DNA of 55,237 bases, taken from an uncultured Dehalococcoidales bacterium (GTDB taxonomy: Bacteria > Chloroflexota > Dehalococcoidia > Dehalococcoidales > UBA1222). This document shows positions 54,507-55,237 of the stretch, in pieces (the stretch's first letter is position 1; each line of letters starts with the position of its first letter). The position numbers and the translations under genes are program-made. The stretch lies in the NCBI GenBank assembly GCA_964427105.1, contig CAYRSY010000001.1, forward strand, positions 1 through 55,237. The letters are read 5' to 3'. The notes below the pieces were generated by a model. It had not been told where the DNA came from. It saw only the letters and a program-made list of their open reading frames with translations, and ran no database searches.

Positions 54507-54959
54507 CTAGGCCTTAGCTTTAGCTTTAGCCGCTTCAGCGCCGCCTTTTGCTCTCTTGGCGCCGTACTTGCTGCGGCCTTGCTTACGGTTGGCGACACCC
54601 GTGGTATCCAGCGTGCCACGTACGATATGGTATCGCACACCTGGTAGATCAGGCACACGTCCGCCGCGTATCAGCACAACGGAATGCTCCTGCAATTCAT
54701 GTCCTTCACCCGGAATATAGGCCGTAACCTCGATTCCGTTGCTCAACCGCACGCGGGCAGTCTTACGCAGTGCAGAGTTAGGCTTTTTAGGCGTCATGGT
54801 TTTCACCTGCACGCAAACGCCTCTCTTCTGCGGAGCGCTTTTCTTGCGCCGAGTCAGTTTATGCTTCAGTGTGTTGAGTGTGAATCTCAACGCCGGCGTC
54901 TTGGTCTTCTTTGAAGCCGTGAAACGCCCTTTTCTAACCAGTTGATTAATAGTGGGCAA
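54507..54959 (-). CDS. rpsL: 30S ribosomal protein S12 (with an internal insertion and an Ala/Lys tail)
   Basis: (M)[11 protein letters not shown] ... PQKRGVC ... [11 protein letters not shown] ... [30 protein letters not shown] 54959 gives the canonical N-terminus. The track ORF start 54989 adds 10 non-conserved residues. Confidence 0.93.
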   Translation of the reverse strand: MPTINQLVRKGRFTASKKTKTPALRFTLNTLKHKLTRRKKSAPQKRGVCVQVKTMTPKKPNSALRKTARVRLSNGIEVTAYIPGEGHELQEHSVVLIRGGRVPDLPGVRYHIVRGTLDTTGVANRKQGRSKYGAKRAKGGAEAAKAKAKA

Positions 54960-54987
54960 TGCTTCTTCCCCTTTACTCCCACAATTC

Positions 54988-55013
54988 AAAGGATGAGCCC
55001 CGGCTCATCCTTT
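54988..55013 (-). terminator. Hairpin upstream of rpsL: probable terminator of the preceding (off-window) minus-strand gene
   Basis: 11-bp perfect stem AAAGGATGAGC / GCTCATCCTTT with a 4-nt loop. On the minus strand it is followed by GAATTG (weak T tail, partly inside the stem). Confidence 0.45.
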
Positions 55014-55237
55014 GTTAAACCCCAAGGCAGGCAGGTCTCATATACCCTGCTACAACCCACAATGGTGTCTTACAAACGCAATTGGAAAGCATAACATAGA
55101 TTTACAGAGGTTGTCAAGCATAAAAGCTCCAGACCCCCCCGTTTCCAGTAGCCTGTTTTCAGGCACAAACCATGCCTGATTTTCAACGCAGATTGTTTTC
55201 CACCATCGACAAAGGTAAAAGACATTATACATGAAAC

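Noticed and set aside
55050-55232. 60-aa minus-strand ORF at the right edge
   Set aside because: It has no RBS or motif and is Cys/Phe/Leu-rich. The region more likely holds the rpsL upstream spacer following an off-window gene.

Overview
This 55.2-kb bacterial chromosomal window is densely coding, with moderate GC by eye. All functions below come from reading motifs in the translations; no database search was run.

Left half (1-34.8 kb), metabolism, transport and signalling:
- MarC-family membrane protein.
- Two-subunit pyruvate carboxylase (pycB-pycA).
- A 1720-aa CHASE4-HAMP-multi-PAS-HisKA_2 sensor kinase, paired with a receiver protein that carries a Cys-rich C-terminal module instead of a DNA-binding domain.
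- A five-gene peptide/nickel-type ABC importer, followed by a short QueG-like Fe-S protein.
- A PH-domain-like membrane protein, tRNA-Arg(TCT), and moeA-mobA.
- A second signalling locus: an orphan solute-binding protein, a HAMP kinase, a CheY-like receiver, and a REC-PAS-PAS-kinase-REC hybrid.
- A GNAT acetyltransferase.
- A tightly packed operon: unknown protein, fused APH-like/P-loop kinase, ahcY, metK, small zinc-ribbon protein.
- Phosphogluco/mannomutase and a bifunctional PGI/PMI.

Right half (34.9-55.0 kb, all minus strand): the complete str/S10/spc/alpha ribosomal supercluster, rpsL-rpsG-fusA-rpsJ...rplQ-truA-rplM-rpsI. It has no tuf between fusA and rpsJ.

No transposase, integrase, phage gene, CRISPR array, rRNA or recognisable defence system is visible.

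Most noteworthy observations:
1. A G7 homopolymer puts a textbook histidine-kinase C-terminus out of frame and fuses the kinase to the downstream CheY gene.
2. Neither signalling locus has a DNA-binding output. One ends in a CxxC...HGxCPxC module.
3. An uncharacterised protein plus a fused two-kinase protein are translationally coupled to the SAH hydrolase / SAM synthetase genes.
4. A perfect 38-nt palindrome with flanking direct repeats lies in the divergent kinase/ABC promoter region.
5. Ribosomal proteins S3, S12 and RpoA carry lineage-type extensions.

Gene content and order (two-subunit Pyc, no tuf after fusA, QueG/RdhA-type Fe-S protein) weakly suggest a Chloroflexota/Dehalococcoidia-like anaerobe. 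That is only an inference.
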